This document shows, one piece after another, positions 16,720 through 25,449 of a DNA stretch of 35,262 nt. How positions within the stretch are numbered: position 1 is the stretch's first letter; every line of letters starts with the position of its first letter. A model generated the notes under the pieces. The model searched no databases. It was not told where the DNA came from and saw nothing but the letters and a program-made list of their open reading frames with translations. The translations under genes were made by a program, and so were the position numbers. The stretch is from a virus (Duplodnaviria > Caudoviricetes): positions 1-35,262 of IMG/VR virus record IMGVR_UViG_3300026848_000006; one strand, given 5' to 3'.

Positions 16720-18586
16720 AGCCGGTCGGTTGAAGATCGGGAAACAACACCGATCTGCCCGCCTTGTTCGTATGGAGGATTCGGAAGAGACGCGTCAGGT
16801 TGAATTGGCGTTCTCTTCCGAAGAGCCCTACGAACGTTGGTGGGGGATTGAAATCCTTGGTCATGAAAAAGGCGAAGTGGATTTGTCGTGGTTGGAAACC
16901 GGCAATGCACCGCTTTTGGTTGACCATGACCGCCGTGATCAAACGGGGGTAATCGAAAAGGCATTCATCGGAACCGACCGCAAGGGGCGGGCGGTTGTGC
17001 GCTTTGGGAAAAGTGCGCGCGCTGAAGAGGTCTTTCGTGACGTGCTTGATGATATTCGAACCAACGTATCAGTTGGCTACGAAATCAACGAGCTTCGGCT
17101 TGTCGAAGAGAAGGACGATAAGGCGACTTATCGCGTCGTTTCTTGGAAGCCGCTTGAGATCAGCATCGTTTCCATACCGGCAGATATGACGGTCGGAGTT
17201 GGTCGTGAGGCCGAAGACGATGCGCGGGAAGTTCCAATTTTTGGCATCAAGGAGAAAACCATGCCGAATCCGATTACTGAAAACCCGACCGCCCCGGCTG
17301 CGCCGCGTTCGGTCGATGAAGCCGCAGTTCGTGAAGCGGCACTTAAAGACGCGCGTTCCGGTGCTTCCGAGATCATCGGCCTTGGCCTGCGTTTCGGAAT
17401 GGTGCAAGAGGCGCAGGCAGCAATCGCCGAAGGTGCTACGGTTGATCAGTTCCGCGAGGCGGTTCTGAAAAATCAGGAAGCCAAGCTTAAAACGGTTCAG
17501 ACGCCTGAAACGGATTTGGGTTTGTCTGATAGCGAGCGCAGCAATTATAGCCTGCTTCGTGCTATCAATGCGGCGGCGCGCAGTGATTGGCGCAATGCGG
17601 GGCTGGAACGGGAAGCGTCCGAAGCCATTGCAAAGAAGCTCGGTCGCGAGGCGCGCGGCTTCTTTGTTCCTTATGACGTTCTGAGCCGTGATTTGACGGT
17701 TGGCAATTCCGCGCAGGGCGGTTCGCTGGTCGGCACGGATCACCTTGCCGGTTCGTTTATCGATTTGCTCCGCAATCGTATGATGGTGACTTCGCTTGGT
17801 GCGCAGCTAATTCCTGGGCTTGTCGGTGATCTCAAGATCCCGAAACTTCTGGGCGGTGCTACGGCGTATTGGCTCGGTGAGGATGAAGACGTTACAGGGT
17901 CCACGCCGGGGACGGGCGATGTAGAACTTTCGCCTAAAACCGTTGCAGCGAAAACCAAGTTCACCCGGTCGTTGATGCTTCAATCAAGTCCGGCTGTTGA
18001 AGGTATCGTTCGTGACGATCTGAACAAGTGCCTTGCGCTTGCAATCGATAAAGCTGCGGTTTCTGGCACGGGTGGTTCTAACCAGCCTCGCGGCGTGATC
18101 AACCAAGTCGGAATTGGTGCCGTTGCCGGTGGGGCGAATGGTGCTGCGCCGACTTGGCAGAACATCATTGATCTGGAAACCGAAGTTTCGACGGACAATG
18201 CCGATATCGGTTCGCTTGCATATCTCACAAACTCCAAGGTTCGCGGAAAGCTGAAGGCGACGCCAGTTGAAGCTGGTACTGGCCAGTTTATCTGGAAAGA
18301 CGGACAGGAGCCGGGAACGGGCATGCTGAACGGTTATCGGGCGGCGGCATCCAATCAGGTTCCGGGTGATCTGACAAAGGGAAGCGCCGATAGCGTCTGC
18401 TCCGCTATCGTCTTCGGGAACTGGTCGGATCTGCTGATTGGCGAATGGGGTATTCTTGATATTCAGGTTGATCCCTATTCGAGCGGCGATAGCGGCAGCA
18501 CGATTGTTCGCGCGTTTCAGGATGTCGATGTTGCTGTTCGTCATGCCGAAAGCTTTGCCGCGATGCTTGACGTCTTGACGTCCTGA
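16700..18586 (+). CDS. Fused prohead protease (HK97/U35-type) and major capsid protein
   Basis: Protease 'LLVDHD...NVSVGYEI...WKPLEISIVSIPAD' followed in frame by an HK97-fold capsid ('GGSLVGTD...FIDLLRN', 'FGNWSDLLIGEWG', 'DVAVRHAESF'). Confidence 0.93.
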   Translation: MPQAISEAGRLKIGKQHRSARLVRMEDSEETRQVELAFSSEEPYERWWGIEILGHEKGEVDLSWLETGNAPLLVDHDRRDQTGVIEKAFIGTDRKGRAVVRFGKSARAEEVFRDVLDDIRTNVSVGYEINELRLVEEKDDKATYRVVSWKPLEISIVSIPADMTVGVGREAEDDAREVPIFGIKEKTMPNPITENPTAPAAPRSVDEAAVREAALKDARSGASEIIGLGLRFGMVQEAQAAIAEGATVDQFREAVLKNQEAKLKTVQTPETDLGLSDSERSNYSLLRAINAAARSDWRNAGLEREASEAIAKKLGREARGFFVPYDVLSRDLTVGNSAQGGSLVGTDHLAGSFIDLLRNRMMVTSLGAQLIPGLVGDLKIPKLLGGATAYWLGEDEDVTGSTPGTGDVELSPKTVAAKTKFTRSLMLQSSPAVEGIVRDDLNKCLALAIDKAAVSGTGGSNQPRGVINQVGIGAVAGGANGAAPTWQNIIDLETEVSTDNADIGSLAYLTNSKVRGKLKATPVEAGTGQFIWKDGQEPGTGMLNGYRAAASNQVPGDLTKGSADSVCSAIVFGNWSDLLIGEWGILDIQVDPYSSGDSGSTIVRAFQDVDVAVRHAESFAAMLDVLTS

Positions 18587-18606
18587 TTTCGTCAAGGGCT
18601 TCTTCT

Positions 18607-18641
18607 GCGAAAAGGACCGCTTCGGCGGTCCTTTCGCGTTT
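18607..18641 (+). terminator. Hairpin after the capsid gene (cUUCGg loop)
   Basis: GCGAAAAGGACCGC-TTCG-GCGGTCCTTTCGC; the U-tail is weak. Confidence 0.65.
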
Positions 18642-18665
18642 AACGGAAAATGAGAGGGTTTTGTG

Positions 18666-18845
18666 ATGGCTAACATCAAAATCAAACGGAACGTGTTTAT
18701 CGCCGGTGAATTTGCGAAAGTTGGTTCGATTGTGAAATCAGTCGATGCGGGCGTTGCAAAGGAACTTATTGCAATGGGTAAGGCCGAGGCAGTTGACGCG
18801 AAGTCGGCGAAGTCTGCTCCGGCAGAACCAAAGCAAGGCGAATAA
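18666..18845 (+). CDS. Small head-associated protein
   Basis: 'IKIKRNVFIAGEFAKVGSIV...AKELIAMGKAE', typical of the small gene following the MCP. GAGAGGG RBS. Confidence 0.7.
   Translation: MANIKIKRNVFIAGEFAKVGSIVKSVDAGVAKELIAMGKAEAVDAKSAKSAPAEPKQGE
18815..18838 (+). repeat. 24-bp direct repeat, copy 2
   Basis: Identical to 14505-14528. Confidence 0.9.
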
Positions 18846-18848
18846 GCC

Positions 18849-19163
18849 ATGCTCGAAGACGCTGAAGATCTCGCCTCGTTCTTCGATGCCGAAGATGGAT
18901 TAGCGTCTTTGGCGATCTATCGATCTGGTGGATCTGGTGAGGGTTACACCTTGCCGGTTCTGCCTTACTTGCCTGATCGTACATCGTCTGTTTTCGATGT
19001 CCAGATCACGTCTGGAACCAGCGGTTTTATAGCGCAGGTCAAAGACGTTCAGTCTCCGAAGGCGGACGATACCCTTGAGGTTGACGGAAAGATTTATACC
19101 GTCAAAGGGGTGCCCCGACGGGATGGGACAAGGAAGATCTGGCAAATTGAGACGATGGAATAA
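18849..19163 (+). CDS. Head-tail joining protein (gpFII-like)
   Basis: Position and pattern 'PKADDTLEVDGKIYTVKGVPRRD...W'. Confidence 0.75.
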   Translation: MLEDAEDLASFFDAEDGLASLAIYRSGGSGEGYTLPVLPYLPDRTSSVFDVQITSGTSGFIAQVKDVQSPKADDTLEVDGKIYTVKGVPRRDGTRKIWQIETME

Positions 19164-19281
19164 AGCTACACTTTTGAAGCTTTGAGTTGTCTAAAGGTAC
19201 AGGTGCCGAACCTTTAGCGTAGTTCGGTGCCTGTCCTTGTTAGTTGTTGATATTGTTTAGAATTTTGAACTACCGTTCGTT

Positions 19282-19490
19282 GTTCGCCGAAGTTGGCGGG
19301 CGGCACGCGGGAACGTGCCTTTCAAAGCGTTGATAGCGCAACGCCTCTATGTCAATGACACCCGCCATCCCTCGCGAGGGAACTGGTGGCGTTTGGAGGT
19401 TATGAAGTTGTGCCAATCCAGTTAGCCATGCCGGAGTGTAGTCGAGGCATGGCCTTTCCTTACAACCCCATAAGTGGGGACTGAGCGCTT
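19282..19490 (+). ncRNA. Candidate structured non-coding RNA (C4/CI-antisense-like architecture)
   Basis: Six or more consecutive hairpins in an ORF-free gap, preceded by a candidate promoter TTGATA-N18-TACCGT (19247-19276). No family match could be checked. Confidence 0.45.
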
Positions 19491-19560
19491 AATTTTTTAA
19501 TCTGTCGTGCCGTTCGTGCGCGGGCAGTTCTCATGACATTTTTGATTTTCGGGGTGAGCT

Positions 19561-20247
19561 ATGCGGATGAGCGCAGCCATCAAGGGAGATTTGCGCAAAT
19601 TTGTTGCCGATGAATGGCGTCAGGCCGGGCGGGCAATCCGGGCCGGTCTGCGTGAAGGCGGTCGGGGTTTGCGTGATGGTATCGTTGCAGATGCGCGGGG
19701 GGCGGGCTTGGGGAAGCTCGCGAAGGTCTGGCGCGTTCGTGTCTATGGTGGGCGGCGCGGGCCATGGGAATCGACAGCATTTATTTACCCGAGGGGCGGG
19801 GAGCGCACACGCGGGGCGCTTTGGGCGTTTGAGCATGGCGCAACCATACGATCAACGGGTTCGCGGTACTTGTTAATTCCGACCAGTTTCAACCGGAAGG
19901 GCGGAAAGGTTAACGGCAAGGTGCTGTATCAGCCGGGAGATCTTCAGGGGACTTTCGTTCAGAAATCAAAAGACGGGTCGCTTTTGTTGTTTGCAAAAGT
20001 CGGCCGGGCGCAAGCCGTTGTTGGCGGGCGGGTCCGAGATCGGGCGTATGTGAATGATCAGCTTTTGGGGTCCGGGCGGGTCGGGCGAACCAAAAAGATT
20101 TTGGAGGCCGGGGCCGTGCCGATGTTTGTTCTGGTCCCGCAAACGCGGATTAACAAGCGCACGAATATCTCAAGCCTTTCTCGTAAATGGGAGGCGCGGT
20201 TGCCTGAGTTGATCCTGAAAAATTGGAGGGTTTCAGATGGTGCCTAG
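19561..20247 (+). CDS. Tail completion / neck protein (DUF6441-like)
   Basis: Basic protein in the gpZ position: 'AFEHGATIRS...YLLIPT', 'VPMFVLVPQ'. Confidence 0.7.
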   Translation: MRMSAAIKGDLRKFVADEWRQAGRAIRAGLREGGRGLRDGIVADARGAGLGKLAKVWRVRVYGGRRGPWESTAFIYPRGGERTRGALWAFEHGATIRSTGSRYLLIPTSFNRKGGKVNGKVLYQPGDLQGTFVQKSKDGSLLLFAKVGRAQAVVGGRVRDRAYVNDQLLGSGRVGRTKKILEAGAVPMFVLVPQTRINKRTNISSLSRKWEARLPELILKNWRVSDGA

Positions 20248-20680
20248 TGTGCGCGAGACAGCGCTTGCTTCGCTGTTGGCTGCTTTGCAGAACTGGCCGG
20301 ATCTTTCGGATGCGAAGGTTGTTCGCAACCAGCCGGAAGCAACGAAAATTCCAACGGGCGGTTTGCTTGTTCTTCGGGATGGGGATCCGGGGGAGCCGGA
20401 AGTTTACCTTTCGCCGCTTCAGTATGCTTACAGCCACACAGCCGAGCTAGTTGTTCAGTTCACGGGCGCGGACAGTGCCGGGCGTGATCAGGAAGCCGAT
20501 GCGTTGCTTCAGGCTATTGGTGAATGTCTGGATGCTGATCCGACGTTGGGCGGGGCGGTTGAAATGGTCAGCCCAGGAACGCCGGAAAACGACGTTGAAG
20601 GGATTGAAGGAGCGGCGTCCGTCAAGGCGTTCTTTGTCCCGGTTATTCTTGAATATGTCAGTTCTACGCCGCTCGGATAG
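20237..20680 (+). CDS. Tail terminator (gpU-like)
   Basis: Acidic 147 aa just before the tube gene: 'LRDGDPGEPEV.LSP..Y.H.AE', 'DPTLGG'. Confidence 0.75.
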   Translation: MVPSVRETALASLLAALQNWPDLSDAKVVRNQPEATKIPTGGLLVLRDGDPGEPEVYLSPLQYAYSHTAELVVQFTGADSAGRDQEADALLQAIGECLDADPTLGGAVEMVSPGTPENDVEGIEGAASVKAFFVPVILEYVSSTPLG

Positions 20681-20703
20681 CGGTCTTCCAAGGGAGTTAG
20701 GTT

Positions 20704-21681
20704 ATGGCTACAAAAACACGCAGCACGGGCTCGGATGTAAGTCTTTTGATGGCGTTCGAGACGGGTTATGGAACACCCCCGGACGCGTCGGGGGGCGGCG
20801 TTTTCAATAAGATGCTTTTCGCAAGTTCAACGCTTGGTGAAGAGCGCCCGCTTGGTGAAGATCCGCTTTTGGGACAGGGGCGAAACGCGCAAGATCCTTT
20901 CTATGAGGCGGCAACCGATGATGGCGATATTGTCGTTCCTGTCGATCTTCGCGGTTTTGGCTATTGGCTGAAGCTGGTTTTTGGTGAGCCGGTCACAACC
21001 GATAATCTTGATGGAACCTTTACCCATGTTTTTGAGGCGGGCAAGGATCTGCCGAGCGCCTTTATCGATATCGGTCATGTGAAACTGACAACGCCAAAGC
21101 ATTTTCAGCATAAGGGCGTGAAGGCAAATACCCTTGCTTACAATATGTCACGCAGTGGCGCGCTGAATGCGACAATTGGCCTGATCGCTCAAGGTGAAAG
21201 TCTTCAGGCCGAGCCGGTTGATGCTGCGCCAGAAGCTTTCCAGCTTCGGCGGTTCAATCAAACCAGCGGTTCAATCAAGGTTGGAAATACCCAGTTGGGT
21301 AACGTGACGGGTGGCAGCTTCTCGTTCTCGAACAACCTTGATCCGATTGAAACCATTCGTAACGACGGTTTGATTGATGGCGCGGATGAGGCGGAAGCAA
21401 AGCCGACCGGGACGATTGATGTCCGGTTTGGTATCGACTCAACCTTGACCGATCCTATCAACGCGGAAACTCCGGTTTCGCTTTCTTACTCACACACGAT
21501 GCCGGGTGCTGAAGGTTTCCTTCTCAAGTGGGATATGCCGCGTGTCTTCCTTCCGAAGAAAAAACCTTCCGTCTCCGGGCCGGGGGGGATCACGGCAAGT
21601 TATGACTGGCAAGCGGCTTTCGATCTGGCTGAAGGCTATACGTTGCGTGTGACACTCAAGAACGACGTGGAAACCTACTGA
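20704..21681 (+). CDS. Major tail tube protein
   Basis: 'AFETGYGTPP', 'LLGQGR', 'FGYWLKL.FG', 'GPGGITASYDWQAA'. Confidence 0.85.
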   Translation: MATKTRSTGSDVSLLMAFETGYGTPPDASGGGVFNKMLFASSTLGEERPLGEDPLLGQGRNAQDPFYEAATDDGDIVVPVDLRGFGYWLKLVFGEPVTTDNLDGTFTHVFEAGKDLPSAFIDIGHVKLTTPKHFQHKGVKANTLAYNMSRSGALNATIGLIAQGESLQAEPVDAAPEAFQLRRFNQTSGSIKVGNTQLGNVTGGSFSFSNNLDPIETIRNDGLIDGADEAEAKPTGTIDVRFGIDSTLTDPINAETPVSLSYSHTMPGAEGFLLKWDMPRVFLPKKKPSVSGPGGITASYDWQAAFDLAEGYTLRVTLKNDVETY

Positions 21682-21690
21682 TTTGTCGTG

Positions 21691-21716
21691 AGCCGGGCGT
21701 TCGCGCCCGGTTCTGG
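21691..21716 (+). terminator. Hairpin after the tube gene
   Basis: AGCCGGGCG-TTCG-CGCCCGGTT. Confidence 0.5.
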
Positions 21717-21747
21717 CTTCGGGTGAATATTATCAGGATAGAATAAA

Positions 21748-22263
21748 ATGATCAGGCTTTCGCTTCCGAAGGAACCTTACTGGCTGAATTTGCCGCATGG
21801 GGTCCGGGTATTTGTTCGTCCTTTGACGACGCCGGTTTATGAGGCTGCGCGAACGTCGGGATACCGGCTTGCTGGAGAACTGGTTAAGGAGCATGCAGAG
21901 ATTTCGATGGTCGGCGGCACTGTCGAGGGGTTGCCGGATATTTCGGATGCGGATGCGGTTTCAGGGCTTTCGCAGTTTCTTTTCACCAAAGCGCTTGCAG
22001 TTCGCGCGATCATGAAATGGGAAGGTGTTGCTGATAACGCCGGAAACCCTGCGGAAGTGACAGGGCAAACCGTTTCGGATCTGATGTTGATTCACGACAT
22101 GGCCGAAGCATTCCTTTCCGAATACACGAAAATACATGCCGGGTTGCTTTCGGAGGGAAACGCATCCGGGCTCTCGCCGAATGGCATTTCGGAGGAGGGC
22201 CAAAATATTGCGCAGGGTGCCGAGACGACGGGCTTCCATGCTCAAAAGGACAGCCCGGAATAG
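21748..22263 (+). CDS. Tail assembly chaperone (gpG-like)
   Basis: Between tube and tape measure; 'W.NLPHGVRVFVRPLTT', 'AIMKWEGV'. Carries a G GGA AAC slippery site at 22155-22161. Confidence 0.85.
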   Translation: MIRLSLPKEPYWLNLPHGVRVFVRPLTTPVYEAARTSGYRLAGELVKEHAEISMVGGTVEGLPDISDADAVSGLSQFLFTKALAVRAIMKWEGVADNAGNPAEVTGQTVSDLMLIHDMAEAFLSEYTKIHAGLLSEGNASGLSPNGISEEGQNIAQGAETTGFHAQKDSPE

Positions 22264-22532
22264 ACGGCAAATGCTGCCCTTATATCGAAGACCGTCCCCG
22301 GACAGAGAACGGGCTTGAGGCGTGGGATGTTCTAAAAAAATGTTCTGGTCAGCTTCGGTTAGGGGGGATGGGCGACGTCCTTGGAATTGATCTGGGGGTG
22401 GCGCTGTCGTTCGCTTCGTCACTCGGCTATGACGCAGTGACGCTTGCTGAACTGTTGCCGCACGGCGAGGCGGGGCTGGTAACGGCTATCTTGAAAGCAA
22501 AGGATCAATCCGGTGTCGATGAAGGATCTTAG
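22155..22532 (+). CDS. Tail assembly chaperone gpGT C-terminal part, made by -1 programmed frameshift
   Basis: The -1 frame is open from the slippery heptamer: 'GKRIRALAEWHFGGGPKYCAGC...CPY...AWDVL...GQLR...LGYD...AELLPHGEAG...*'. It is absent from the ORF track. Confidence 0.8.
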   Translation, partial: GKRIRALAEWHFGGGPKYCAGCRDDGLPCSKGQPGIDGKCCPYIEDRPRTENGLEAWDVLKKCSGQLRLGGMGDVLGIDLGVALSFASSLGYDAVTLAELLPHGEAGLVTAILKAKDQSGVDEGS

Positions 22533-24942
22533 TATTCGGCTGTCCCTGAAGGATGGCGAAACGGTACGCCGTGCCCTGATGCAGCTTGGCAATGACGGAC
22601 AGGCGGCGCTTGCCAAAATTGAAAAACAGAGTGCCCCGGCATCAAAGGGCCTGTTGGCCGTTAATGCCGTTTCGCGTGAATTGCAAGGGTCGATGCAAGC
22701 CAGTGCGGGCCGGATAGGGCTCGTTGGTGCCGGGTTGGGTGCGATTGGGCCTGCGGGGCTTGTCGCGGCGGCTGGTGTTGCTGCGGCGGTTACGGCAGTT
22801 ACCGGCCTCGTTCGCGCGTCGGTCAATGCTGCAAACCAGCTTGCGGCGATAAAGGATGAAGCGCAGCAAGCGGGTACGGCTGTTGAGACGTTTCAGGCGC
22901 TTCGCTACGCGGCTGAAGATTATTCGGTTTCGCAGGAGGCATTGACGGATGGCCTGAAGGAATTGAACCTTCGGGCAGATGAATGGATCAAGACAGGTAA
23001 AGGGCCGGCAGAAGAAGCATTTCGTCGGCTCGGTTTCACGCAAGAGGAATTGCAGGGCAAGCTTGGTGATACCGGCGAATTGTTTCTTGATGTTGTTGCC
23101 AAGGCGAAAAATCTCGAAAGTGAGGCGGCGCGTCTGCGGGTAGCCGACGAGATCTTTGGTGGAACTGGCGGCGAGCAATTTGTTCGAATGATCACGGCGG
23201 GCGAAGAGGCAATTCGCCGTTTGATGGATCAGGCACGTGATGCCGGATATGTCATTGACGCGAACCTTATCGAGCGGGCGGATGAAACGCGCGACCGGAT
23301 GAACCAGTTGCAGCGCCTGATTGATCTTCAGCTTAATCAGGCTCTTGTTGATCTTGCGCCGGTGGCCCTTGGTGTAGCTGAAGCATTTGCCGATGTGGCG
23401 CGCTTTGTGTCGTCTGCGGTCGATAGCTTCCGCGACCTAGACAGCATGTCTACGCGAGGGCTAGAGGGCCGTTTAACGGATGCTAACGCGGCATTCGATG
23501 AAGAAATGGCGCGTATCGAGCCGCAGCTTGATGCTTTGCTTGTGCGTCGTGAGCAAATCGAAGGGTTGATGTCGCGGGCGCGGGAGGCTGGTGATCAGGC
23601 TCGTGTCGATAATCTGACGCGTTACCTTTCGGACCTTGATGCACGTATGGCCGAGATCCGGTCAAGCGCCGACGCGATCGCGATGCAGCGTGATGAGATC
23701 GCCGCTCAAATCGAAAGTCGAAATACCAGCAATTCAGCACCGGCGAGGGTTTTGGGTGAAACAGGGGATAGCAAGGCCGAAGCAGAAAAGATTGAAAAGG
23801 TAACGGAAGCGCTTCGCTTTCAACTTGATCAGGTCAACCGAACGGCCTTGAGCCGGAAGTTGTTCGTTGAATTGCAGCGGGCGGGGATTGATGCCAATCA
23901 CGCCGAGGCGGCGACACTCGCGGAGCTTACTCAGAAGCTTTATCAGGCCGAGATTGCGCAGAACAAAAATGCGGAAGCAAAGCGCAATGCTGAACAGATG
24001 ACCAAAAGCCTGATGACCGCCGAAGAAAAGCGGACGGCAGCACTTGAGGAAATCAATCGACTTGTCGATCAGGATCTGATCACGCAGGAAACGGCAAACC
24101 GGGCGCGTGAAGAAGCGGCGCGAAATTACGAGACAGCGGAACGGCGCAAGCTTGATGCGTCTCGGGAATGGGCGGACGGCGCAAAGCGGGCATTCCTTGA
24201 CTATACCGACAATGCGACCAATGCGGCGGCGGCAACAGAGCAGGCCGTTACCAGTGGCATGAATTCGATGACAAGCAATCTTCTCGCTTTCACCAACGGA
24301 ACCAAGACAGCGAAGGATAGCTTCACCGATTTTGCAACGTCGGTAGTCAATGACATTGCCCGGATTGTCATTCAGCAACAGATATCGGGACCGGCTGCGC
24401 AGGCGATTGGCGGTTGGTTTAACAGTCTGTTCAGTGCGTCGGCCTTTGATAGTTCTGCTGCGCATTACAACGGGGGCCGGGCGGTTGGAAGCTATGGGGT
24501 CGGGTCGTTTCATACTGGCGGAATCGTCGGAGACGGAAGGGGGGCGCGAAACGTCCCCCTTTCTCTTTTCAGTGATGCGGAACGATATCATTCAGGCGGT
24601 TTCGTTGGTTTGAAATCGGGAGAACGCCCAATCATTGCGTTGGATCGCGAGCGGGTATTGACCGAAGCGCAGCAAGAGAACACCGCAAAAACCATTTCGT
24701 CACTTGCCAATATGTCGCAACGGGGCAAGGGCGAGGTGGTGATTAACGTCAACAACAATGCAGGAAGGGTCGCAACGGCGGATGCAAGCGTTCGTGAGGG
24801 CCGAAATGGCGGGTTCGAGATCGATGTTCTTGTCGAGGAAATCGAAAGCCGTATGGGGCAGAACGTGGCGCGTGGTGAAGGGATGGCCGGTGTTCTCGAA
24901 GGCCGTTACCTGCTTAATCCGGCTGCCGGGGCGAGGCGGTAA
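22513..24942 (+). CDS. Tape measure protein
   Basis: 809 aa, Ala-rich and helical; lambda-TMP-like C-terminal region 'WADGAKRAFLDY...SFTDFATSVVNDIARI' and 'FHTGGIVG'. Confidence 0.92.
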   Translation: MSMKDLSIRLSLKDGETVRRALMQLGNDGQAALAKIEKQSAPASKGLLAVNAVSRELQGSMQASAGRIGLVGAGLGAIGPAGLVAAAGVAAAVTAVTGLVRASVNAANQLAAIKDEAQQAGTAVETFQALRYAAEDYSVSQEALTDGLKELNLRADEWIKTGKGPAEEAFRRLGFTQEELQGKLGDTGELFLDVVAKAKNLESEAARLRVADEIFGGTGGEQFVRMITAGEEAIRRLMDQARDAGYVIDANLIERADETRDRMNQLQRLIDLQLNQALVDLAPVALGVAEAFADVARFVSSAVDSFRDLDSMSTRGLEGRLTDANAAFDEEMARIEPQLDALLVRREQIEGLMSRAREAGDQARVDNLTRYLSDLDARMAEIRSSADAIAMQRDEIAAQIESRNTSNSAPARVLGETGDSKAEAEKIEKVTEALRFQLDQVNRTALSRKLFVELQRAGIDANHAEAATLAELTQKLYQAEIAQNKNAEAKRNAEQMTKSLMTAEEKRTAALEEINRLVDQDLITQETANRAREEAARNYETAERRKLDASREWADGAKRAFLDYTDNATNAAAATEQAVTSGMNSMTSNLLAFTNGTKTAKDSFTDFATSVVNDIARIVIQQQISGPAAQAIGGWFNSLFSASAFDSSAAHYNGGRAVGSYGVGSFHTGGIVGDGRGARNVPLSLFSDAERYHSGGFVGLKSGERPIIALDRERVLTEAQQENTAKTISSLANMSQRGKGEVVINVNNNAGRVATADASVREGRNGGFEIDVLVEEIESRMGQNVARGEGMAGVLEGRYLLNPAAGARR

Positions 24943-25446
24943 ATGACGGTTGAAAATTGGCCTGAAAAGCTGCCGAAACCGACGTATCAGGGTTTTGGTA
25001 TCGAGCCCATGGATGCGGTTCTTAGAACGGAAATGGAATCCGGCCCGGCTCGTCAGCGGCGGCGATATACGCAAACACCAACTTCGATCACTGTTCGTTG
25101 GCGTTTCAATGAGTGGCAGTTTGCCCTTTTCGAATCTTGGTTCGTGAACCGGGCAAAGGTTGGGGCGGCATGGTTCAACATTACGCTTCTGGGCGGGCTT
25201 GGTTTGACTGAACACCAAGCCCGTTTTCTTGGTGAGGGAAAGAAACCCTATCGTGCGGCTCCTGCCCGCGGGGTTGGAAATATCTGGATTGTCACCTCGA
25301 ACCTCGAAATTCGAGAGCGCCCGGTTCTGAGTTCCGAGGCGCTTGAAGTGGCGCTTGTTGAGGACGTTCCCGCGCTGATTTCAGCAATCAAAAAATTCAA
25401 TTCACTGGTTTCGGTATCGATGCCAGGACCTAGCGGTTGGAGTTAA
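24943..25446 (+). CDS. Distal tail protein (gpM-like)
   Basis: 'LRTEMESGPARQRRRYT', 'FESWF...GAAWF'. Directly after the TMP. Confidence 0.8.
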   Translation: MTVENWPEKLPKPTYQGFGIEPMDAVLRTEMESGPARQRRRYTQTPTSITVRWRFNEWQFALFESWFVNRAKVGAAWFNITLLGGLGLTEHQARFLGEGKKPYRAAPARGVGNIWIVTSNLEIRERPVLSSEALEVALVEDVPALISAIKKFNSLVSVSMPGPSGWS

Positions 25447-25449
25447 ATA

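Noticed and set aside
17069-18850. Long antisense ORFs (17069-17743, 17984-18850; similarly 9809-10588, 23734-24591, 31222-31854)
   Set aside because: These are shadow frames of well-supported plus-strand genes in GC-rich DNA, with no motifs or RBS support.
19282-19400. tRNA gene in the late-operon gap
   Set aside because: There is no cloverleaf with a T-loop (GTTCRA) and acceptor stem in the proper spacing.
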